Shown: positions 21,413 to 31,458, counted from the first letter of the stretch. The stretch: 64,000 nucleotides of DNA from an uncultured Lentisphaerales bacterium (GCA_943788985.1 CALSSJ010000005.1:128001-192000), one strand, 5' to 3'. Program-made: numbers and translations. Notes: generated by a model from the letters alone, not told the origin.

Positions 21413-21919
21413 CTATTCGGGACGTAAGAGAAGGAATACCATCACAATCACAACTACGGTGAGTAGGAGGGCAATGATGAGAAACACTTTGTTGGCGAGG
21501 GGACTTGCCTTCTTGTGAGTCTTGTGATTGGCGTTGAGGTTGGACAATTCGGTGATGCCCATCGCCGGGTTTGTTTCAAGTGAAATATTAGTTCTGGTTT
21601 CAACGACACGAGCTTCCGTGGAGTTCGGGTTGTCGAGCATGAGTTCGACTTCACCCACCTGGAGAACATCACTGTGCTTGAGTTCGTGCTCGCCGGTAAA
21701 GCGTGCTCCATTGACTCTAGTACCGTTTGAGCTCCCGAGATCGACGACTTTGTACTCGCCGTCGTTGTAGTGAATTTCGGCATGGCTTGAGGAGATGGTA
21801 GAGTCGGGGATGCAAATGTCCGCGGCTTCGACCCTTCCAATCGTGTACATGCGTTCTCTCAATTCAAAGGACTGCCCGCGCAGTTCTTTGGAAAGTACAA
21901 CGAATTTGGCTTGTGGCAT
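21413..21919 (-). CDS. FHA-domain protein with C-terminal TM anchor
   Basis: IGR..ADI....ISSSHA...DLGSSNGTRVNG is the FHA signature. Confidence 0.9.
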   Translation of the reverse strand: MPQAKFVVLSKELRGQSFELRERMYTIGRVEAADICIPDSTISSSHAEIHYNDGEYKVVDLGSSNGTRVNGARFTGEHELKHSDVLQVGEVELMLDNPNSTEARVVETRTNISLETNPAMGITELSNLNANHKTHKKASPLANKVFLIIALLLTVVVIVMVFLLLRPE

Positions 21920-22112
21920 AAGATCCTGCGTGGTTATCTAAATGCATCGCGTGCATGGTTGCGCGCATACACGCATCGAATTGACAAACGGCTACTATAC
22001 GATCAGACACCTTATCGTCAAGATTGGTTCCGCTCTACCGTGCCACGTGTGCGTAGATGGAGTAGGGTACTAGGCAGGAGAAGCGAGGATTAGAGGCGAG
22101 TATCGGAGGCAG

Positions 22113-24215
22113 ATGGAGACTGATGTAGATCGGCTGAGGCGCGCGTGCACGTGGCGCCTGCTGCTTTTGGCAGGTGTATTTTCGCTGGTGCCTTTGATGC
22201 TCGCCGGGCGGCTATGGTCGATCCAGGTGACGCAAACTGCTACCTACAAGGCGCAGATTTCGAAGCAGACCTTCCGGCGGATTCGGCTGGCGCCGGTGCG
22301 TGGCAGAATCTTCGCCGCTGATGGCGCACTGCTCGCTGATAACGAGCCTAGCCATGATGCGTACCTGCACGTGCACGAGATGCGGCAGCGCCCAGTCAGT
22401 TCCTACCGAGCCACGAGGGATCATCTGCGTGAGGTGCGGTCACAGCTTGAGCGGACAGTGGGCCGAGCGGTGGCGGTGACCGACACGCAACTACTGGCCG
22501 CGATCGGGACGCGCTCTAGCGGCGAACTGACGTTTTATCGTACGCTTTCTCCGGAAAATGTGGCGCGATTGCGGCAATCTGGGCTGCCGGACGGGTTTCG
22601 CATTGCGCGCCAGCTGGGAGCTGTCACACTGGTGTGTTCACTGACTGAATGTCGCGTGCCGGGCAAAGGCGCGAGGCAGGCGACAGCAGACTACATATAC
22701 GCGACGGTGCAGGATATAGGCAGTCTGATTGAACGAGTCCCGACTGTGGGAATTCGTGAGATAACGAGGCACATGCGGGTACGGCCCGCGCTGCGGTTGC
22801 CGATTTTTCGCAATTTGGTGGACCATGAGCTGGCTGTGCTCCAAGAGCAGATGCCGGGGATCGCTGGGCTGGACTTGAATACTGGGCTGGGGCGCGTGTA
22901 TCCAGAGCGAGATCTTGCGAGTCATCTGCTGGGATGGGTCGGGCGACGAGACCCCGCCACCGAGAGCGAGCGAAATGAATTTAATTACTGGCTGCCGGAG
23001 TTGCATGGCCGAGCGGGCCTGGAAGCGGCGTTCGATGATCAGCTTGGCGGTCAGGGCGGGATGGAGTTTGTGAAGGTAGATAGTACGGGCTTCTTCTACG
23101 AATCTGTGGGCAAGGATCCAGCCCAGCGGGGCGCAGATTTGCATCTGACGATCGACAGCCGCGCGCAGCGCATTGCGCAGTCGCAGTTGTCTGGGCTTCG
23201 TGGCGCTTTGGTGGCGATGGATGTCGATTCGGGAGCGGTGCTCGCATGTGTCTCCGCGCCTGGTTTTGACCTGATGGGGCTGCAGAGGGAATCAGGGTAT
23301 GGCGAGATATTGGCCGCACCAGGCACGCCGCTACGCAACCGGGCCGTTCATGCGGATTACGCTCCAGGCTCGATCGTGAAGCCGCTGGTGGCGCTCTGCG
23401 CTCTCGATCATGGAGTCATCGACCCCGCGACGGAGTTTCCTTGTCCAGGGTACTATGCGTTTGGGGATGGCAGCAGGATCAGCTGTGCGGTGAAGAGCGG
23501 GCATGGATCATTGACGGTGAGTCAGGCACTCGAACGCTCGTGTAACCCGTTCTTTATCGAAACCGGTCTGAAATTAGGGGTAGACCGGCTCGAGGCAACG
23601 ATGCGGGAAGCGAATATCGGAGAGCTCCCTGGCCTTGAGGTCTCGCGCCGCTGGTCGCGGGGGCGCCGGCCGTCGCGCACGGCGTTGAAACGCCAGCTTG
23701 ATCGCAACTGGCGCGCCTTTGATACGGCGCTGGTCTCGATGGGGCAGGGCTTTATTAATATCAGCCCTCTGCAGGCCACCGTGGTCACAGCGGCTATTGC
23801 TAACGGTGGCCACGTTCTCAAACCCCGGCTGGTCGAGGCGCTCAGGGATGACAAGGGACCGATTGAGATTTGGCCGCGACAGTTCACCGGCAAGATCGAT
23901 GCGGCACCCGAACATTTTGCCCTGATTCGCGAGGCGATGAGGAGTGTGGTTGTGGGAGCGGCCGCGACAGCGCCCAGCGCGCGATCGGAGATTGTGCAGA
24001 TCGCTGGGAAGACCGGTACGGCTGAGATCGGGCCTCGGGATGCGCGACGTAAGAATACGTGGTTTACCTGCTTTGCGCCGTACGACCGGCCGCGCTACGC
24101 GGTGACGGTGCTGGTAGAGGATGGGCAGTCTGGCGGGGGAACGGCGGCACCGATTGCGCGCAAGTTTTTAGAGGAGTTTCTGCAGCTTCAGAGAGCTGAG
24201 CTCGCGGCAGATTGA
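22113..24215 (+). CDS. mrdA: Class B penicillin-binding protein 2
   Basis: N-terminal TM, RGRI, PGSIVK (SxxK), SCN and KTGTAE motifs. Confidence 0.9.
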   Translation: METDVDRLRRACTWRLLLLAGVFSLVPLMLAGRLWSIQVTQTATYKAQISKQTFRRIRLAPVRGRIFAADGALLADNEPSHDAYLHVHEMRQRPVSSYRATRDHLREVRSQLERTVGRAVAVTDTQLLAAIGTRSSGELTFYRTLSPENVARLRQSGLPDGFRIARQLGAVTLVCSLTECRVPGKGARQATADYIYATVQDIGSLIERVPTVGIREITRHMRVRPALRLPIFRNLVDHELAVLQEQMPGIAGLDLNTGLGRVYPERDLASHLLGWVGRRDPATESERNEFNYWLPELHGRAGLEAAFDDQLGGQGGMEFVKVDSTGFFYESVGKDPAQRGADLHLTIDSRAQRIAQSQLSGLRGALVAMDVDSGAVLACVSAPGFDLMGLQRESGYGEILAAPGTPLRNRAVHADYAPGSIVKPLVALCALDHGVIDPATEFPCPGYYAFGDGSRISCAVKSGHGSLTVSQALERSCNPFFIETGLKLGVDRLEATMREANIGELPGLEVSRRWSRGRRPSRTALKRQLDRNWRAFDTALVSMGQGFINISPLQATVVTAAIANGGHVLKPRLVEALRDDKGPIEIWPRQFTGKIDAAPEHFALIREAMRSVVVGAAATAPSARSEIVQIAGKTGTAEIGPRDARRKNTWFTCFAPYDRPRYAVTVLVEDGQSGGGTAAPIARKFLEEFLQLQRAELAAD

Positions 24216-24235
24216 ACAGGCTCAGGGATTTCCCT

Positions 24236-24483
24236 CGTCTTCGTCCTCGAAAGGGACAGTTGTCGCCGTGTCCACGACTCCTCGGCGGGCCAGATGGAAG
24301 ATAGAGGTGGGCGATTCTAGGTTGCCACGCCGTCAACCTCCCGCGTCGAACTCTCTCCTCAACCCAATCTGATACGAGGTGCGTAGGAGGATGGGGGCGA
24401 GGTCGATCGGTACCGTTTCCATTTTCCGGGCCGTGCGGATGATCCTCGCTCAGGCGCAGTTCCCGGATCAAGATCGCTGAGGC
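24236..24483. repeat. Dispersed ~240 bp repeat, copy A
   Basis: Shares blocks with 39057-39286, such as CTCTCTCCTCAACCCRATCYGATACGAGGTGYGTAGGAGGA, CCGGGCCGTGCGGA and GATCAAGATC. Confidence 0.8.
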
Positions 24484-24578
24484 TTGGCCGCCAGAGCTCA
24501 GACGTCCCTGCGTAAACCCGACCGTTCCTTTGCCAGGAAATAGACACTGATTTGCGAGCAGTCCTTTTTCGGAGTCGT

Positions 24579-24684
24579 GAATGTCCAACATCCAACAAGG
24601 AATTTACAATGTCCAAGACATGGAATACCTACTCGACGCTCTTCATTTGACAAGTGGAAATTCCTTGTTGGCTGTTGGACAATT
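24579..24684. repeat. ~105 bp palindromic REPIN/MITE-like element, copy 1
   Basis: Left arm GAATGTCCAACATCCAACAAGGAATTT, right arm AAATTCCTTGTTGGCTGTTGGACA. Confidence 0.8.
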
Positions 24685-24755
24685 ACTTGGGACAACGGTC
24701 TGAGTTCTGGGCCGCAGAAATGCACGGCAACTCAACGCCTGGAGGAAAGGCGGCC

Positions 24756-25730
24756 TCAGTCGGGAACCTTGCGGCAATTCTCCCCGATTTCTTTGAGGTT
24801 CGCAGAGAAAAGTTGGCTTCCTGATTGGAGTCGGTCCGCAGCTTTGCGCCGAATCACCAGCAGTTCCGTCACCTCGTTGTAGCGCACTGTAGCTGTGCGC
24901 GGGACACCAAGAAGCAGCGAAATCTCGCCAAAATAATCCTAGGGGCCGAGTTCGCAGATCGTTTCTTCTTCCTCGTCACTGCCAGCCACGACGCGGACGG
25001 AGCCATTTTTGATCACGTATAAATCTCTGCTGTTATCGCCCTTTCGCACCACCTATTCGTCCTCTTCCAAGACCATGGTCTCGACGAAGGGGATGGTGAC
25101 ACGTAATCGCTCCGGATGCAAGTCTCGAAAGATCGGGGTCCTGGCGAGTAACCGAAAGCACTCCCGAACGAAGCCGATAATCATGAACAGAACCACAATC
25201 AGGACGATCTGGTCCATGTAGTACTCAGGGACATTCCCGCGAGCAGGGAAGATGTATTGATCCAGCGCTGTCGCCGCGAGGATCAAGCTGCAGAACGTGA
25301 TCACTGCCAGCAACCCCAGTACCTAAAGGCGACGTAGGGGCAAGGGTAAAGCTGCCAGTGCGCGGGCGAATAGATCGGAACCTGGGATATCAAAGCTAGT
25401 ACGCTTTTTCCGGGGGTGTGGGGCATCGGCATTTTCTGGATCAGACGCCAAAAAGCCGGCAGCCCACAGCCGCTTGACCATTGTAATGAGGCACTGCAGG
25501 ATCAACGTTCGGCGGTGAATTAGATACTGTTGGCAGATGCTTTCCACCGAGTTCTCACCGGTGCAGAGGCCCCAGAGATTGCGCTCCTGTTCCGACATGA
25601 TGACCACGTCCGGAAGATCGTCATGCAGTAGCAGGTAGCTTGCCTGAGGCTCGTCGCGTCCTCGACCCACGATGCGGACGCCATCGATTGGGCGAGGTCA
25701 GAAGGTCTACGGATTGAACAACTCTTGCAT
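24756..25730 (-). pseudogene. PqqD/RRE-like + membrane + cyclic-nucleotide-binding domain protein, inactivated by nonsense codons
   Basis: One frame with five in-frame stops. Contains LWGLCTGENSVESI (PqqD-like) and VRKGD..DLYVIKNGSVRV..ELGP*DYFGEISLL..PRTATV (cNMP-binding). Confidence 0.75.
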
Positions 25731-25793
25731 CTAGGGTGCGTCGAAGCCAGCGGGCAACGGAAGTGGTTGAGGGTGCAAGAGCCCGGTCACAAT

Positions 25794-26543
25794 CTACTCT
25801 TCCTTTCGCGTGGAAGGCTCCAGTTTTTTATGCTCGCCATGCCAGAAGTCATAGCCTCCGGTGCCTTTTCCGCCCATGTAGTTGGGCCAGCTCTGGCGCG
25901 TCTCGACGGCTCCGTTCACGAACAGGAAAAGCGCTTGGTCGCCGATATGTCGAGCGTAGGGCAAGCCAAGTGCTGGTTGCGTGCCGAGCGCATCGGCAAA
26001 CGTAGCACCGGTCATGCTGAAGCCAGAGACCGTGGTGTCATACGCGAAATCATGGAAAAAATTTCCGCCAGCAGCGTCTGCCAACAGGACCGTGGCGGAA
26101 GGGTCGAGCAGACCTTGGTATTGCATTTGGTAGAACTGATCGTACTTCCCCTGCCATTCATTGGTCAGTTTGCTGGAAATGTGCTGATTGATGCCATAGG
26201 TGCTTCCCCGCCAAAAGGCCTCCGCTTCCTGGCTAGAGTCATGGGATACAAGGTTCTGTGAAGGGCAGGCGAAGGCGCCTGCCGGGGCCACTCTTTGATC
26301 CACTGTCAGGCCATCCATGGCCGCAACCGCATTGACCCAGCCATCTTCCCACGGGGGCAAGCCCTCGTAGGTTCTCGAATACAGGTTTAAACCCTTATGG
26401 AGCTGTCGAAGATTATCCTGACACGCGGCAATCTGACCGTGCGCAGTCACTTTGATGATCGTCGGGAGAAACAGGGAGCCGATTGACAGTAGCACCGTGA
26501 CCACGATCACCAGCTCAATAAGGTTAAACCTGCGTCTGCTCAT
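25794..26543 (-). CDS. Prepilin-type N-terminal methylation protein (DUF1559/H-X9-DG-like)
   Basis: RRFNLIELVIV, C..NLRQ, F.CPS and RH......FVNGAVE motifs. Confidence 0.85.
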   Translation of the reverse strand: MSRRRFNLIELVIVVTVLLSIGSLFLPTIIKVTAHGQIAACQDNLRQLHKGLNLYSRTYEGLPPWEDGWVNAVAAMDGLTVDQRVAPAGAFACPSQNLVSHDSSQEAEAFWRGSTYGINQHISSKLTNEWQGKYDQFYQMQYQGLLDPSATVLLADAAGGNFFHDFAYDTTVSGFSMTGATFADALGTQPALGLPYARHIGDQALFLFVNGAVETRQSWPNYMGGKGTGGYDFWHGEHKKLEPSTRKEE

Positions 26544-26995
26544 TCAGCATTTTCCGGAAGATAGTCCGCCCAGGAATTTGGCGTCTCGAAAAGTCGAAGC
26601 CGCGCGATCTTCAAGGACCGCGGAATGACCCCATTGAGCTGCTCATAGCACCAACAGGCGATATTCTCTGCGGTGGGAATGAAGGGCACCACAACGACCC
26701 GAAACTCTTCATCGCACGATTCGTAGAAGGCTCGCATCGTGGTATCCGACTCGGCCAGCATGAACCCGTGGTCCAGCACATCGTGAATGTGCTTGGTGAG
26801 CGCAGTTTTCAGGTCGCCGAAGTCATGCACCATGCCTTCTGAACTATCCCCCTGCGTGGCAATCACAGCCCCGCGCACGGTCAGCTCAAGCCGGTAGCGA
26901 TGGCCATGAGGATTTCGACACTTACTCTTGTGATTGGGCACACGGTGTCCCATGTCCCACTCGATAATTCTGGTGATTTGTGTAGTTCCGTTCAT
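26540..26995 (-). CDS. queD: 6-carboxytetrahydropterin synthase
   Basis: GHR..H..KCRNPHGHRY, DFGDLK, LDH, PTAENIA and L.ETP motifs. Confidence 0.9.
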   Translation of the reverse strand: MNGTTQITRIIEWDMGHRVPNHKSKCRNPHGHRYRLELTVRGAVIATQGDSSEGMVHDFGDLKTALTKHIHDVLDHGFMLAESDTTMRAFYESCDEEFRVVVVPFIPTAENIACWCYEQLNGVIPRSLKIARLRLFETPNSWADYLPENAE

Positions 26996-27094
26996 CAGTC
27001 CCGCACATTGCGTTTGAAGAATGTCGTACCCTACGCGGCAAGCCGCCGTTCGCAAGACCGGACCATCAACCTGTCGATCCTGAATGTCGCCAAG

Positions 27095-27436
27095 CTAAAG
27101 CACGTAAGCTTGTGGCCGGAGCTGGTTGGGACTCATCCACGTCCTCTGGCCGTTGCGCATCAGATCACGCACACCGCCGATGTGCAGGCCAATCACCTCC
27201 ACATCCGGCTTCTCGTCTCGCTGAAGCAGAAACTCACCGCCAGGTCCGACCACATAGCTGCCACCATTGTGTCGGCTGGTATCGTTTACCAACTCGATAA
27301 ACATCTGGTTCCCCGCGGCACGACATTGTTTGAATCGCTCGCTATGAGCTCAGATTACATCACACTCAAGGTCTTGGGTTTCCCCAGCCATCGGGCAGAC
27401 CACAAGTTCCGCCCCGAACTGCTTTACTCCCCTTGT
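27095..27436 (-). pseudogene. Carbon-nitrogen hydrolase (nitrilase family) C-terminal remnant
   Basis: Reads GAELVVCP..*..RAAGNQMFI..N..GGSYVVGPGG..RPQAY with an internal TGA and no N-terminus. Confidence 0.6.
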
Positions 27437-27718
27437 TTGAGCGTTCGACCGATTGTTTCCCCCAGTCCGAGGGAGCGGTGCGCTCCTTGGTCGCTAAAGT
27501 TGTGACCTTCCAACGTTAGACGTACACCCTTGCAGAGGGACTGTTTCGCTTCGCGGGGCTGCCTGTGGCGGTCTCTCGTTCCGAGCGCCGCCATTAAAAA
27601 CTGAATGGCTCGAAACGAGGCTGCGGTGTGGCTCATAGTGGTTCACTCGGTGCATTGTGTTGAGTCTGTCCCTGCTCGGGTGCGTGCCGCTTCGCCTGCT
27701 TAGCTGGCTTGCGGACAT

Positions 27719-27734
27719 TGGCATTCGACCTGCT
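27719..27734 (+). promoter_or_regulatory. Candidate sigma54 (-24/-12) promoter
   Basis: TGGCATTCGACCTGCT has GG-N10-GC spacing and lies about 46 bp upstream of the 27781 ATG. Confidence 0.4.
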
Positions 27735-27780
27735 TGGTACTGGTGCACAGTTTTTTAGAACCAACCGGAGAGGCCCAGAG

Positions 27781-27921
27781 ATGGACAAGCCAAGCAACCA
27801 GAAACCGCAACTGATCAGGCTCGAAGACCTGCTACCCAAGGCAAATGTCAAGGGCAGCGGATCTGGCGGCGTGATTTTCGGGGCTGAGCGCAAGCAGCGC
27901 GATCAGTCCACCAACAAGTAA
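27781..27921 (+). CDS. 46-aa small protein (LIRLEDLLPKANVKGS motif)
   Basis: GGAGAGG RBS. The stop lies 16 bp before the large pilin-adhesin gene. Confidence 0.6.
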   Translation: MDKPSNQKPQLIRLEDLLPKANVKGSGSGGVIFGAERKQRDQSTNK

Positions 27922-27937
27922 CCCCAAGAGAGAGACC

Positions 27938-30900
27938 ATGAACTCCTTAAAACGAAATTACTTTAGCATGACCGAAATCGTGCTGGCGCTAATCGTCGTT
28001 GTCGCAGGCATCGTCGTGATCATGGGCCTGATGCCCGTGGGCATGAAGGCGCACAGCGAGGCAATGGCACAATCAAATGCGGCAGATTCCGCTGAACAGT
28101 TCCTCCACTATGTGCGCAGTGAAGTGCGGGCAGACTGGGCCTTCATCAATGCGTTCCCCGACAGCAAGCCAGGTCCGAATGACGGACCACTGCTTGACGG
28201 CGGAGTTGGCGTAGCCGCAGCGTCTGCCGCGGATATGATTTGGAGCAGTGACGACCTGCTGCCTGGTGCAGCTGCTAAGATCAGCTTCAGCGCCATGAAC
28301 CTAGACGATGACTGGGATCCTGAATTTCACACCTCAGGCGTATTCCGTGTGCAGCAAATGACGGGCGAGAAGGTGGACTTCAGTGCCGGAATGCTGGCTT
28401 GGAAGACAGGCGCTGCCTACAATGACGACGCCGATGAGGCGATGAGCTTCTTCATCAATGTCGAGGTGAGTTGGCCCATTACGGTCGATTATGCAGCACG
28501 CGATCAGGCGATGTTCATGATCGAAGTGTTCAAGCCGCAACGCACGGACATGGCCCAGTTTACTGGTGGAAAGATCTGTACCATGATTGATCTGGCTGCG
28601 GGGACCTCAATCGAGGGCCAGGGCGTGATCGACGAAGCGTTGATTGTGACTGCCTCGACCGCAACCGGTGTAGCCCTCCTGCAGGGTCAGGAACCGTTCC
28701 TGTTTACCGCGCCCAACAGCGGCAACAGCACCGAAACAGGCTGTGGGAATGCCGCCACCTTCGGCGATGCCTCCGAATCAGAGGCAAACCGAGCCAATGA
28801 CTTTACCTTTTCCTTTGCCAATAGCGGTACGGTCAGTCTCTTTTCCATGCGTATGCTTGACTACGGTGACTACAACCCCGCAGGTGCGACCTCGCACGGT
28901 GTTAGTCTCGTGGCCTACGACGCGTCTGGGACAATCGTGGACAAATCCACGCTGAGCTACACATCCTCTGCTGACTTGCTGCCGGGTGACGGCGGTGGCG
29001 CCCCAGGCGATCTGCAGATCGCGGGGGATGCCTGTAGCGCTGCTCCCGGTGATCCAGGAAACTACACCTTTGTCGTCGCTGGTGCTGGCATTGCCAGCGC
29101 TTCGCTGGAGTTCAGCCACAATGGTGACGCCAGCTACCAGGTCTCCGATCCAGCGATCGCCTTTGCCGATATCTGCTTTACGCTGGAATCCACGAGCGAG
29201 GACGATCCGGACGATCCGGACGATCCTGATGTCGACGACACCTACGTCGTTGGCTTTGTTGAGGCCAGATCGGCCGGAGGCGAGGGTGTTGGCAGTGCTT
29301 CCTTCGCACTTGAAGTCCGCAGCCTTAGAAATGGAAATGGTGGCGTAGCTGCAGCAGCAGCCCCTGGCTCTGACATCAGCGTTGACTATGTTGTGACTGG
29401 TACCGCAACTGCGGGCCTTGACTACACCCTGGCAGCAGGAACTGTGGCTGTACCTTTGCTCGGCTCAGCAATTACCGCCCTGATCATCGACGACACGCTC
29501 GTTGAGGAGAGTGAGACGATTGTCGTGACCTTGACCAACCCGGCCAATGCAGATCTTGGCGAAATCCCCACGCACACCCACACCATCTTGGATGACGACT
29601 CCGATGATCCCGAAGCCGAGCTTCCAACGGTGTCCTTCCTGGTGTCTGCATCTGCCAATGCCGAATCCGTGACCAACCCGATCTTGACCGTGGTGCTTTC
29701 CGCAGCCTCGACCGACGCCGTCACCGTGGGCTACAGCCATACAGGTGGTACCGCAACCGCGGGGGGCGACTTCACCATGGCTAGCAGCGGGGTCTCTGCC
29801 GCATCCGTGGGCGCGATCAGCTTTGCTCCTGGCGAGACCACGATGTTCATACCGCTCACGATCATCGATGACCTTGATATTGAAGAAGATGAGACCATCC
29901 AGATCACCCTGGTGTCACCGGTTAATGCCACCTTGGGGACTACTCCGGTGCACACCTACGGCGTCTTGGATAACGATAATTGTACCGACGTACTTGGTGG
30001 TGGTGATCTGAACATCAACCCAGCCAACAGCGATGGGAACATTTTCAGCTATACAACCGACAGCGGTAACACCGACATGATCGACATGAAGGACTACTTC
30101 CATGCAAATGGAAACACCAACATGAGCTACAGTGGTCCTGCCTCACAGGTGCAGGTCATGGTAAAAGCAACCGGACGGACCATGACCATCAATGGCGAAA
30201 GTGTTACGCTTGACACCAACAAGCGCTACACGTTCTCTGGAGACATGACCATAAACTTGCGTAATACCAAGCCCAGTCCCAGAAGCTGGGGGGCAGCGCA
30301 TGGGCATTGGTGGATTTCGCTCACCGGCGCAGATATCTGCTACACGTCGGCTGATGCTCCAGCACCGGCGTATCCTGATATCAGCTTCACTGCGGCAGCT
30401 GCCAACGGTGCCGAATCTGCCGGCTCGGCGAACATTCAAGTTGAACTGAGCAGTGTGCAGGGAAAAGCTGTTCAGGTGGACTATACGGTGACAGGCACAG
30501 CGACCGGAAGCGGCGTAGACTACAGCTTACAGAGTGGAACCCTGTTTCTGCCTGCGGGTACTCTGACTGCCTCGCTGTCTCTGCCAATCGTGAATGATGC
30601 AGCCGAGGAATCTGCCGAAACAGTCGTGCTTACGCTGTCCAATCCAGTGGAAACGTTCCTAGGGACAAACGCAGTGCTCACCTTCACCATCGAAGATGAC
30701 GACGGTGTGGCACCACCTATACCGCCTACAGTGCCCATTGGATCAACTGTGGCTGGTGAAGTGAACCTGAACTATGGGAGCAACGCTGCGGTGGCGTTCA
30801 CCATGGTGACTCCCACAGGGACCATCACCCAGTCTACGTTGAAGTCTGGTGGTGGAGGCTACAGCTACAATGGTTCCGCTTCCTCCGTTACCTTCCGGCC

Positions 30901-31093
30901 ACGGAGTGCAGATCGGACATTGACGATTGATGGCGCTGCCACCAATCTCAGTACCAGTACGACCTACACCATCACTGGCGACCTGACGGTGAACCTGCAC
31001 AACACCGACGGGTCCAGTAAGTGGAAAACCAACAGGTCGCGTTGGTATATCGACCTCAGCGGCACCGGGCTCTCGATTATGCCCACGCCCTGA
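27938..31093 (+). CDS. Type IV pilin-like N-terminus fused to Calx-beta and other beta-rich domains (adhesin candidate)
   Basis: FSMTEIVLAL..GLMPVG pilin helix, three Calx-beta-like modules (V.Y.V.GTAT.G.DY..I.DD...E..ET...L..P), and two copies of an unnamed ~110-aa domain. Confidence 0.8.
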   Translation: MNSLKRNYFSMTEIVLALIVVVAGIVVIMGLMPVGMKAHSEAMAQSNAADSAEQFLHYVRSEVRADWAFINAFPDSKPGPNDGPLLDGGVGVAAASAADMIWSSDDLLPGAAAKISFSAMNLDDDWDPEFHTSGVFRVQQMTGEKVDFSAGMLAWKTGAAYNDDADEAMSFFINVEVSWPITVDYAARDQAMFMIEVFKPQRTDMAQFTGGKICTMIDLAAGTSIEGQGVIDEALIVTASTATGVALLQGQEPFLFTAPNSGNSTETGCGNAATFGDASESEANRANDFTFSFANSGTVSLFSMRMLDYGDYNPAGATSHGVSLVAYDASGTIVDKSTLSYTSSADLLPGDGGGAPGDLQIAGDACSAAPGDPGNYTFVVAGAGIASASLEFSHNGDASYQVSDPAIAFADICFTLESTSEDDPDDPDDPDVDDTYVVGFVEARSAGGEGVGSASFALEVRSLRNGNGGVAAAAAPGSDISVDYVVTGTATAGLDYTLAAGTVAVPLLGSAITALIIDDTLVEESETIVVTLTNPANADLGEIPTHTHTILDDDSDDPEAELPTVSFLVSASANAESVTNPILTVVLSAASTDAVTVGYSHTGGTATAGGDFTMASSGVSAASVGAISFAPGETTMFIPLTIIDDLDIEEDETIQITLVSPVNATLGTTPVHTYGVLDNDNCTDVLGGGDLNINPANSDGNIFSYTTDSGNTDMIDMKDYFHANGNTNMSYSGPASQVQVMVKATGRTMTINGESVTLDTNKRYTFSGDMTINLRNTKPSPRSWGAAHGHWWISLTGADICYTSADAPAPAYPDISFTAAAANGAESAGSANIQVELSSVQGKAVQVDYTVTGTATGSGVDYSLQSGTLFLPAGTLTASLSLPIVNDAAEESAETVVLTLSNPVETFLGTNAVLTFTIEDDDGVAPPIPPTVPIGSTVAGEVNLNYGSNAAVAFTMVTPTGTITQSTLKSGGGGYSYNGSASSVTFRPRSADRTLTIDGAATNLSTSTTYTITGDLTVNLHNTDGSSKWKTNRSRWYIDLSGTGLSIMPTP

Positions 31094-31106
31094 CCCGCCC
31101 TGAACC

Positions 31107-31136
31107 GGCTGACCGGGGGAATCTTCCCGGTCAGCC
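31107..31136 (+). terminator. Intergenic hairpin (terminator/stabiliser)
   Basis: GGCTGACCGGG-GGAATCTT-CCCGGTCAGCC. Confidence 0.6.
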
Positions 31137-31160
31137 AAACTTTAACCAAGGAGAAAAGAC

Positions 31161-31442
31161 ATGAATAAGTTCATCCTGATAGCACTGCTCACCATCAGCC
31201 CCCTGCTGGCTGCCGAGTTGATACTGGTTGGCACAGTTAGCAACGACGGTGGCTACGTGATCAGCATTGAGGACACAGACGTTTCGATCAGCGCAGATGT
31301 GGCTTCGGCTGCCAATCTCGCAGATTGGGTGGGACAATCGGTCTCAGCCACCACCGAAAGTTCGGTGGCAGTGGCCGATGGCGCCAGAGTCATTACCGTG
31401 ACGGCCATCACCGCCATCGAGAAGAGTGTAGAGGAGGAGTAA
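31161..31442 (+). CDS. Small secreted protein
   Basis: AAGGAG RBS, signal peptide, followed by a terminator. Confidence 0.7.
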   Translation: MNKFILIALLTISPLLAAELILVGTVSNDGGYVISIEDTDVSISADVASAANLADWVGQSVSATTESSVAVADGARVITVTAITAIEKSVEEE

Positions 31443-31458
31443 CTCTGCCTCTCTCGCC

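Noticed and set aside
24756..25730. TAG recoding (Gln or pyrrolysine) suggested by repeated in-frame TAGs
   Set aside because: TAG terminates normal genes here (ABC-F, ftsH, queG), the same relics also contain TGA/TAA stops and deletions, and no pyl genes are visible.
26540..26995. queD as part of a 7-deazaguanine DNA-modification/defence island
   Set aside because: There are no dpdA/tgt-like, queC or queE neighbours, and queG in the window supports ordinary tRNA queuosine synthesis.
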